From positions 434,001 to 498,000 of the forward strand of contig NIVC01000364.1 in the NCBI GenBank assembly GCA_002269645.1: a DNA stretch of 64,000 nucleotides. Direction: 5' to 3'. A model generated the notes under the pieces. That model made no database searches and was not told the DNA's origin. It saw only the letters and a program-made list of their open reading frames with translations. This DNA is from Macrostomum lignano. Its lineage: Eukaryota. Positions 53,471 through 64,000 of this stretch are shown here, piece after piece; positions within the stretch are counted from its first letter, which is position 1, and each line of letters opens with the position of its first letter. The translations under genes and the position numbers were made by a program.

Positions 53471-56271
53471 TTAGTTTGCCGAGTTGTCCCGCTTCTTTTT
53501 CTTGGCCGAGTATTCACCAATGAACGAGCCGTCCTCGGTGAAATCGCCCACTAAAGAGTATAAAATGATTTAAGTTTATTATATAATGGAATTATTGCAC
53601 AATATATAGATACAAACAGACAAATGAGCACTCACTGTCGCCCATGTCATCTTTGTAGACGTCCAATTCTCGATCGTCTTGACTCTTGATTGACACACCC
53701 GAGTAGGAATTCAGCGACATTCTTTCAGCCCGAATTGGCGCCTCCTCCGCCGGCTGGTACTCCTTGAAGTGCTCCTCCTTGACCTCCAACTCGGGATGGT
53801 TGCCCTGCTGGCGCTCCTTCTCGTCGACCAAGTAAGTCTGGCCCGAGTCGCGTCTCAGAAGCAGCACCAGGAGTATGATTGCAATTAAAACAATGAGAGC
53901 GGCCAGGGTGATGCCAGCAATGAGACCGGCACTGGCGCTGGCTAGCCCAGCAGCCGGCTGCTCGTCGCTGATCCAATCGAAACCCAGTCTGATGCTTAAA
54001 TCGGCGAGCAAATCAGCCGAGTCAAAGTCGGTGGAGTAAAAGCAGGTAGAATCGGCTCGGCAGTCTCGGTCACCAAATGACACAATAGGCTGGCCGTAGC
54101 GCTCTTTGTGCAAGTTTAGATTAGTAAGCTTCGTACCGGAGGAGTCTTTGTACCCAAAATTAAATACTGGCGTTAAATATTTGTACTTTTGTAGAATCGA
54201 GATGACTTCTTTTTTAGCGTTAGGCAATATTTTAAACAACAAACGGTTCGTCTCGGGATAGAACTTTGATACAGAAATATCCTGTCCATGGATGGTATGA
54301 ATGTTTTCAAGCAGCTCGTTGTCAATCTTAAAATAGGCAAACACTTTGACACCGCTTGCCGCCAACCGACGAGTCATGTCGGGGCTCAAAGAGACTTCAA
54401 AAGTACCGCCAACTTTGTTGGAGCATTTCTGCTCAGAACAAGGCTTAGCAGACGTTCGATTGAAACTTAAAATCGTGGGTCGCTTAAGAAAGATGACATT
54501 GCTGCTGCTCTGGATGTTGTATGATGGTAGGCCAACCTTCTGGGCATCGGCAGGGCTGACAGATGCATCGCACACAAATCGATGAGTGAAGTTCAGATAA
54601 GTTGAAGAATCGGATACAGGCACCCGGGAGATTGTCAGGTTTAGTGTTTTGGTTTCGTTTGTTTTAAGAGTTGACTGGCGAACGGTGGAAACAGAAGAGG
54701 AAAACATCTGATTAAATTGGTCCAGATCGAGCTTTTTCCACTTCTGATCAGCGGTGCCAATGGTGTGAAAGGCTGGAATCACGTCGACTTGGTCCATATT
54801 AGTGTAGTAAACTGTGCAGTTATAAGAGAGAGTCTCGTTTTCAATTGCAAATACTACTTGAGGCAAGTCTCCCGAAACAATTTTGCTGTCGCTATCGTGC
54901 AATCTTGTTAAAAACTGGGGCATGGAGACAATTTTAACGTCAAACTTGAAGCTCTTCCCGCCAGCCTCGCACCTGTATTCACCGGAGTCGTTCTCGAAAA
55001 GCTCAGCTGGAAATTCGATTACATTTCCTGTTCGAGAAATTTTCAGTCCCTGAACATAAGTCCATTCGCTTTGACCGTTGGACACAATTTGTTGGTTGCC
55101 ATGGTAAAATCTAAACACCTGGTTAGGATCGTCACAAATAATTGGACACACTAACGGGGTGTAGTCCATGCCAGCAAATATGCTCACTGATCGAGCCGTG
55201 CCCGAGCCAACAATCGAACATTCAGTGGTTCTTGAACCCATTTGCTTATAATTCACAATAGTAGTAGATATTCTCTGCTTAACCTCATCAACCTTGAAAT
55301 ACGGCTGGCTATGACCAGCAAAAGAAACTAGAGTGCAAATACCGATTTCTTTGGGCGATCCTCGGTCTCTGAAGAAGTTTGATATGGCGGTTGTTAGTCC
55401 ATATTTCGAATAGTACAACCTGCCGTCATCCAAGCTTAATCCAATATGTTTTAACAAATTAATATTATTCTCATTCATCTTTGAGTAGTAGTTAACAAAC
55501 ATAGAGACCAAATGCGACTGGAAATTCTGACAGTCGCCGGCATCGAATTGCAAAATTGCCCCAATGTTTATCTTTGCCTTGATAAAATCCGGAGCTGAAC
55601 GAATCCGATCGACAATCTGCTGGTCGATAAAGGGCACATAAGAGAATGGATCGGCGGTAGTGTTCATCTGGATCATGAAATTGATGGCCGGCACAGTTAA
55701 AAGCGCTTATAAAAGCTGTCAATAATGGCGTCGTTAGACGATGAACTGGGCGATTTGCTAATAGCGTCCAGGTTGTAAACAAACAGACTGTTGGATGTGA
55801 TTGTGCCGACAGGAAATTCAACCCGGATGTACAGTTGAATCTTTTGAGAAAACACGTTATCGTAAGTTTGCATCGAATCCAAAAGTGTAAAATAGAAGTC
55901 AATGCCTTCCTTTCCGCTCACTTTACTAATGGTGAAGGGCATAGTGCCCGGCAATAATTACTCTGCGACTGAACGCTACTAAGAGCGACTTCCTCCGGAG
56001 GACTCGACTCAGTACACCTGTAAACTAGAACCTTGGTGCCAGAGCTGTTGCCAGTATCGCCGCCAACGTTAATCCTGATAATAAGCCGCTTATCTTTGTT
56101 AAGAAAGGCCAACTTGTTGGATACGCCAACTTCCCAGACGTCGTCCCAGGACAGCATAATTTTGTTAGACTGTGAGTACACAAACTGTGGCGACTTCTGC
56201 GCAACACTAACTGCTAGTAGGGCCGCCAGCAGCACGCATAGCCGGCTGAAAGTCTGGCTCCAAGCCATCAT
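53471..56271 (-). CDS. L1CAM/neuroglian-tail single-pass Ig-like membrane protein, paralog 1; exons 53636-56271 (two apparent 1-bp deletions) and 53471-53550; ~905 aa if repaired
   Basis: Signal peptide LCVLLAALLAVSVA; Ig-like motif DSGEYRC; TM IAGITLAALIVLIAIILLVLLL; tail RRDSGQTYLVDEKE...FKEYQ...DDRELDVY...MGD|MGDFTEDGSFIGEYSAKKKKRDNSAN*. Collinear with paralog 2. Confidence 0.8.
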
Positions 56272-58927
56272 GCATCAAAATGGCAAAGGGAGCATTGTGA
56301 AAGGATTCTAAACTTTTAATAAGTCTAAGACAAACATTAAAGTTTCCAGTACAGTAGACATATTGGATTTTCCTACCAAAAGTGGGGGAGCGGCCCTACC
56401 ACAGCAAAAAGTGGGGAGGGGGCAGTGGTGCCAATAAACCTTTCAGGCTTTATGAAGTTTAATAAAATCTAAATTAAAACACTAGAGAAGTTCTCCCAAA
56501 TAAAATTCAGATTTTAAGAATTCTTCGACTTGAAATTTTCGCATTGCAAAAGGCTCAAAATGAATGAACGCGTATTTATTTTTGTTCGCAAATCGATATT
56601 ATAATTTTGCAAAGCGGCGAAAAAATCAGTTATAAACACGACGAGAGAAAACATTTTTTTCGAGGACGCACGAGTGACAGATTTGAGAATTTTGCGTAAC
56701 AAAAATCGGTAAAAAAAAACACGCGGGATTAATTATTAGGAACATGGCGATCGGGTAAGCAGGTATTAGAGCAGTTATTATAAAAAGCATAGAAATATTG
56801 TGAGCTAATGAAGCAAGGAAAGCAGTCAGAATTTACAGCACAAAGAGGTGCAAAGCTGACAAAAAAGTTTAGAGACATGTAACTGCACCGCTGAATGGCA
56901 ATTATTTTACGAAATTAATAATTTTAGGACAGAAAATCAAATAAAACACTGCACTGCACACGGGGTAAGAGTCGGGTGAAGGAAATTTCTCCTGGCCAGT
57001 TTCTGTATTCAAAGCTCCTTGAGCTGACTAGGGCCTAAACTAAAGCTTGCACAACCAGCCGACCTTATGATTATGCATTATAACAAGAATGCTAGGAACA
57101 AGATAACGATCTTGATCTGACCCCTAATGCCCACAGGCAAGCCAGGCCTTATTCTGTAATATCTGCACATGCAGTATGTAGGACCCGCAATCTATGCAGT
57201 CAACAGGCCATCAATTCAGACAAGTTGTACGCATGGCGCATATTTTCCCTAGTTAGTTATATGGGAATACGGCCGCGAAATCTCTCCCAGCTCCTATGGG
57301 ACCAATGCAAATGGAACTTGTTATTGCCTCTCTTGCCGCCTAGATACGTGCTACACCTTCATCTGCTGGCAAGGTACGCTTTCCCATAGGTTAAAAAAAT
57401 AGCAAAAGACCAATTCGGCTGGCTAAATATAACAGGCAGAGGAATGCCGACAGGGGTTAGTATGCCATATATAGAATTCTTAGAAACTAAAATGTTGAAC
57501 AAATTCCAGCTTAAACTAACTAAGCTTGACTAAAGGCGGTATTTTAAAGTAAAAAAATGACAAAAAGTTGATTATTACACAATTAAATGTTGCTTTTAAA
57601 ACAAAAGAAGCAGAAAAAGCAATGAGTAAAGCAGTAAACTTTCTGCAAATAGCAGCCACACAGCTGACTAAATTAAAAATACGTTACTGTAATTCAAAAC
57701 TTACGCAATGTTACTAACAAAAATATTGACAGCTGTGCTTTTACATTAAACTCATTAGGTTAGCTACTCAGGACTAATATATCGGATAAATGAAGAAAAA
57801 AACGGTAACAGACACTGATATGCTGCTTTTGACTAAATGGGAGGAAAAAAAGCAAAAATTGATTGCTGCTTGAAGCAGAAAAAAAGAATTCTAAACACAT
57901 TGTAATGCTACCGTGGAGATTAGAACTTGAAAAAAACACACCTCTTTAAAAAAATAAACGCCCAAATAAAATTGCAACAGCCCGGCTAATCGCGGCGGTT
58001 CTGATTAGTATGAAGATTGAATATTTAATATTTGATCGGGGTTATTTCGAGTAGCCTCACTGCCACCGTTGATATCATTTGCATCAGGCTTAGTAGTATC
58101 AGACCACACAGCTCGGGGGTGATTATTTAGCTTAGGCCCACACAAAACTATAATAAGCTATCTGAAGGCAGAACAGAGCGCATATCGACCGCCCTCCCTC
58201 CTGCCTTCCTTGACCGGCCTTAAACCTTCCTCTCTAAACCTCAGACCGGCCCGCACGCACGCACTGGGCGTGGGCAGAACTAGAGAAAGAGAAAAAATGG
58301 TCAAACCCGCTTCCAAAAATGCATTATGCAGATATATATGGAAGCTGACTTGTGCTAACAAATATCTATATCTATATATATGACTATATTGCTAAACTAA
58401 GACCGAAATGCAAATACAGTTAGAAATGAGCTACAGCTCAGTCATTGAGAGCAACAGAACCGCTAACCTAAGGCTTCATCTGTCTTTTTAGTTTAGATAT
58501 TACTGTTTAATAGACGGAGTTTGCTACTACGGTAGCTGAGGCAGCGATGAGATTGCACACAGGACATAGAAACATATTCTAATACATGTAATCTCTCAGA
58601 TTTTTTGTAAATTTGTTCAAACGGACAAAGTACTGTGATATGCATACAGACAACTAACGTTATGCGAAAACGCTATAAAAAGCAAAGGAAAGGTTGATAC
58701 CATAGTGTATAGCCGCATAACAAGTATAAATATTTTAAACTGAACAAAAAACCTACAGAGGCACAAAGCCAGACAACACACACTGCTAAATATTATAAAA
58801 TATGACACACTAGCAAATCATTACACTAGGCTGGCAATCCAATAAGCTATAGATAAGCTTAACACTACCCTCAGCTGACTGAACAGTTATCCACCTGGCT
58901 GTCTATCGCCACTCTCGTTCTCGCCTT

Positions 58928-61900
58928 TCACACTTGATGAGCGTTGAAGGCGTCGCGTCTACGCGCGTCCGTAGAATAATCGCCGATGAATGAGCCGTCC
59001 TCCACGAACTTTGCTGTAAAAGACAAGGAATTGCAAAGTTTTGAAATCCTAGTATTTCCATCGGATGCTAAAGCTTTCACACTCTCTCAAGGATTTGTCT
59101 CTTCCTTGAATCTCAAGACTTTGCCACCTTTAGCAACTCGGTCTTATGTGTCAGCGGGCCAGGCAGTCACATTAACTTTGTAACTAAACTGGAATCTCGG
59201 CTTGGCTCTGCTCGTGCAATCAACGCCCTTGAGGGCCAACCCCCAAGACACGTTAATTAAAGTGTACATGCCTAACGATAAATAAAGTTAGGGCCGCTGT
59301 ACACTCCTGTGTGTGTGCCTGCTCAGGGGAGTCGGCGGAATGGGAAGTAAGTAATGCCTCTCGCTGATTGTGTGACAATGTCGCTTAAAGTGTGCCAGGA
59401 TGCGCACAGAGAGGATCTCTTTTAGATTCAGAGGATTAAATTTACAATTCAGAGCATCGAGAAGTTCACACTTGATTTATTTGAACTTTTTTATCCCAAA
59501 ATGCCCTCTCATGGCCCCAGATTTGTTTATAATCCAGCACTTAAATAATCTTAACCTGAGTTCGCAATGTTGAGCTTTGTGCTTGGCCCCATTTACACAA
59601 TAGTTGCGCATATGGGCGGAAAGACAGGGCAGAATTAGTCTATAAAATTTATTAACAGGCGCTGTGAGACTGATAAGAGATAAGAGATAAAGGCGGGCTA
59701 AATACTCTTCGTCTCGACAATTTCTTTAGGCTTAAATTCTTTACATGGCAAATGGAGCACTCGGCCAGTCATAACAGCGGGAGCTCATTCATTTTGATCG
59801 CAGTTAGTTTTACGATTCTAGAAATTAGCCTTTTTTGGGATGGAGCTTGACCATATTAGGTTTGCTTTGTCATGAAGATTATGCCAATTAAGTCATGCTA
59901 TGTATCGTACACACTGAACAGTACTTACTGCAGTCTATATCGTCGTTGCCATATTCCTCAAGCTCTTGGTCATCTTTGCTACCAGCAGAGATACTCGAGC
60001 CCACTGACATCTGCCTGGCCTTCAGCGGGCCCTCCTCGGGTCGCTGATACTCTTTGAACTGCTCCTCCTTGGCTTCCTGCTCAGGATGATTGCCCTGCTG
60101 GCGTTCCTTCTCGTCTAGCAAATAGGTCTGACCGGTGTCGCGTCGAAGAAGGAAGACGATGAGTACGGCAATAATTAGCAGTAAAACAATAGCCAATATG
60201 ATTCCCACAATGATGCTAGTGCTGGCAGTCGCCGCATTTTCGCTAACAACAGGCTGACCCTTGAAGTCCAGGCCAAGCATGAGGCCTTGAAGAGTGGTGT
60301 CAGCGTCAAAGTCGGTAGAGTAGAAGCAGAGATCGTCCGCTCGGCAGTCGCGCTTACCAGCAAAAAGTTGGCGCGGGCCGTAGCGCTTCTTGTCAAAAAC
60401 TAGATTGGGCGATTTTGTGCCCTCTTTGTAGCGAAAGTTGAATATTGGTGTCAGCGTCTTGCGCGACTGAAGCTCGGTTAACACCTCAGGCTTTGTTATG
60501 CGATTAACTTTAAAGGAAAGCTTTGTTGTATTCGGATCGTAGGATACTTTTGCCACATCCGGCTGATTAAGCACCTTGACAAAGTCCAAGTAATCATCAT
60601 CAATCTTGAAGTAACCTGTCACGGAAACGCCAATCGCTTTCAAATAGGCGGCAAGTTGAGGCTTCAGTGAAAATTGGAAATACGCCCCATCTGAGGCGGT
60701 GCACGACTGCAAGCTACAGTTCTTTGCCATGCTTATGTCGAAGCTGTTTAGTAGAGGACGGCTCAAAAAGAAAACACTGCTGCCACTCTGCACGCTGTAA
60801 GATGGCATACCAATCTTTTGGGTGTCAGCTGTGCCAACAGTTACGTCACACACGCAACGATGCGTGAAATTCAATCCAGTTGACGGATTTGCTGGCGGAA
60901 CTTTGCCAATATTGAATGTTAGCGTCATCGATTCAAGTTGAGAAACTTTCGGCACAGTTATAACATTGGACACCGGAGTAGCCATTAGACGATTGAAACT
61001 ATCTAAATCGTATTTTTTCCAATTGTTTTCGCCCAAGGCAGCACTGTAAAAGACCGGTAAGACATTTGTAGTTGCAACGTTGGTAAAGTATGCCGTGCAG
61101 TTATAAGATAGTCCTTCGCCTTCCATAGCATACACTGTTGGTGGCAGATTACCAGAAATTTCTGAGCTAGAGCTGCTACCATACGATTTTGACGTAAACT
61201 GCGGCATGGAAATTACTTGCGTGTTAAAGGTGAACCTTGTACCACCAGCGACGCACGTATAGGCACCTGAATGTTTATTGTAAATTATCGGCGGAAACTC
61301 TATTATGTTGCCCGTCTTGGAGATTCGAATCCCATTCACTTCTGTCCAATCGCGCCGCGTATCCGGAACAAGACCCTTATCACCGTGAAAAAATCTGTAC
61401 ACTTGGTTTGGACTGTTGCATATAATGGGACAAACAAGTGGAGTGTAGTCCATACCAGAGAATACTGTGACCGCTTTTTGATTAGTAGAACCGATTATTT
61501 TGCAATTTGAGTTTCGATCTCCAAGTGTCTTGTAGGACAGCTCAGTCTTTGGTATCTTCTGCGCAATAGAGAATGTTTTGTCATAAGGTTGGCCTTGGCC
61601 TGCGAACGATAAAGTTGCGCAAATACCAATCTGAACCGGACTCTTGGAAGAAAAAAAATCAGAGATTATGGAACTGAGACCGTATCGTGAGTAGTGCAAC
61701 AGACCAGTCTCCGTATCCAAATAGATATGCTTAAGTAGATTCTGGTTTCTTTCATCCAATTTTGAGTGATAGTTGACAAAGAGCGACGCCCTTGATATCT
61801 GATAGGACTCGCATGTGCCAGCGTCAAAGTTAAGAATAGCTCCGATGTTAATCTTCGGTTTGAGAAATTCTGGAGCCTCTTTGATTATTTGGCTCATGGC

Positions 61901-62512
61901 AGGATCCAAAAATTCCGTACTATCAAACTCTGTATCCGGCATGTTCTCCGACATTCGCTTCAGAAACTGTTCAGCCCCTGCAGAAAGGAAACGCCTACCA
62001 TCCGGGTTCAGTTTGCCAATGGCATCTAAATTCCATACAAATAGGCTATTGGATTCAAGAACGCCAGACGAATGCTCGATGCGTACTCGCAATTCGATTT
62101 TATCAGAAAAGGCACGCGAGTATGGTAATTTTGACGACAGTAGCGTGAAGTCGAATTCATTTTCGCGCTCGTTTTTAAGCCTCACTGAAAATGGTATAGT
62201 GTCTTTACACTGGACCTCATTTGAGCTGGACTTCAATGATTCCATGTCCATCATTGACTCAACATAATCTCGCCTGCACTTGAACTGTAGAATTCTTCTC
62301 AAGCCAGTACCAACATTTCCTACGACTACGATTTTAATTATTAGCCGTTTGTCAGTGTTCAAAAATGCTAACATGTTTGACGATCCAACTTCCCATGTTT
62401 CTTCCCAGGACAGCATGATCTTGTTGGTCTCGGAGAACATGAATCTTGGCTTTTCATTGGCTGCGAGAGTGGCAGCAATTATGCAGAAGAGGATCAGGTG
62501 TTGATAGTGCAT
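58928..62512 (-). CDS. L1CAM/neuroglian-tail single-pass Ig-like membrane protein, paralog 2; exons 59929-62512 and 58928-59013; 889 aa, intact
   Basis: Signal peptide MHYQHLILFCIIAATLA; HSGAYTC; TM IIVGIILAIVLLLIIAVLIVFLL; tail RRDTGQTYLLDEKE...FKEYQ...DDQELEEYGNDDIDC|TKFVEDGSFIGDYSTDARRRDAFNAHQV*. Phase-1 GT-AG intron. Confidence 0.88.
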
Positions 62513-64000
62513 AACAGCTGAAATATAGAAGTTTAGATTTGTTTTTGTGTTACATTGTTCAAAACACAGCAACATGTTACATGAATACAATAAGTCTATG
62601 ATACTTTGCTACATTATCATTTTAAGATTATATAAAGTAGCAGAAAAAATACTTTTCATTTTCACTGCTATGCTTTTGATATCAGTAAACCAGAAAAGCT
62701 CAAAACTTTCAAATTTAGACAAAAATGATCTCCCTTAAAATCAACATTTTTCTGCCAACCAAACTTCTGGGAAAATGTGTTTTACACTTACAATCATGTG
62801 CATACAATGTACAACATAGAATTATAAAAAATAAAACTTACAGAAGTTTACAATTATGAAAGATATGAAAAATAGACAAATGAAAGACTAAAGACGAGAC
62901 TGTCACCACTGCCTTAGCCCTACAAAGTACAGATCATAGAAGGTTGGCAATAGTCAGTCAATTAACAATGTCAACTTATTATCTCTAGGACCAAGTTTAA
63001 GTTCTGCTTCTGCTATCATTAGGGCCTATTGGTTTTTTAGCTCATGTAATGTTACAAGTGTTTAAACAGCAGTTGTGCCAGAGGGTTTGCTTAATCAGGA
63101 TATAATCAACTAGCCTATATAAACCCTATAGGAAAAAGTTGTAAAACCGCGGACGGTGTCCAGCGCACTTTTGAAATTTTTCTAAAGCGCAGTGCGCACA
63201 CAGGCGCAGCGCCTGCGCACACTGCCCTTTCTTACTGGCTGCTGCTCTAGCAAATACATATACATGGAAATGGGTATGGCTCATTCCATATAAGATGGAC
63301 ATATTTGGAAAATAGAAAAAAGTCAATATTTTTGCTTGCCATTGCCTAATTAGCCTATTTTTTTACCAAATGTTTATATTGTGCAATATATACAATCTAA
63401 GAATAAAGGAATGGTAAAATGTTGGATTAGTATGTTATCAATTGGCAAAAAGTCATTTTTGTAAAAATTTGGACATTTTTCGAAGCAAAAGACATCATTA
63501 AGATTTTGTACCTTTTAAAAACAAATAGAAAGCTTTTGAAGGTTGAAACAAACTATAGATAAAAGTATAGTACTTGTATCATCAGATAAAAGCATTGGTG
63601 ACCAAATAATCTATTATATTTTTAATGTATTAGTACCTCAAAGTTACTGAATTGACAGAAAAAAATATGTTACGACCATAATGTTACGACCATAAGGCTG
63701 CCTTTTCTTTTGTATCTTTGTTGCCTTTTGAGTTTATATATTCTAATAAAAGAGTATGATTTCTAAAGATGTTCTTAGTCAAATTTTAAAAATGTATTGC
63801 AAAATATCAAAAATGAAAAATGTTATAAGACTTTTACCTTTTAGTTTCTATATGTCAAAAATCCTGTCATTACAACCATAAGTGTCATTTAAGGTTTAAT
63901 AGCATCTATACTAATGATGATATCTATATGAAACTCTATAAATATATTCTAGACAAAATAATCTTTCATTTAAAATATTGGTTTAGTATATTCTATTATT

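Overview
Eukaryotic (animal) genomic DNA, not prokaryotic. GC-rich exons, short AT-rich introns and introns packed with minisatellites suggest a free-living flatworm such as Macrostomum; this is inference, not shown by the sequence. I traced five intron-containing genes by hand through GT-AG boundaries: TOLLIP (-, 3 exons, 278 aa), IFT74 (+, 4 exons, ~570 aa), a 14-exon GABA-B-like class C GPCR (-, ~754 aa, no C-terminal coiled coil), and two tandem single-pass membrane proteins (-, ~890-905 aa). The last two join an L1CAM/neuroglian-type ankyrin-binding tail (FIGEY / FIGDY) to a non-canonical ectodomain encoded by one giant exon. Mobile elements: an intact D34D mariner, three MITE-like elements (two with clear TSDs), an internally deleted Ingi-like retroelement (2A peptide, two PHD fingers, APE) embedded in (CAA)n, two RTE-like 3' fragments and two copies of a tRNA-derived SINE. 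Roughly 30% of the window is tandem repeat, mostly a different unit per intron. One array is built from the IFT74 exon-intron junction itself, giving ~28 copies of a splice donor. A degenerate 28S rRNA fragment lies in a TOLLIP intron, and a candidate 2-TM gene is nested antisense in IFT74. Most long ORFs in the supplied track are artefacts of the repeats.
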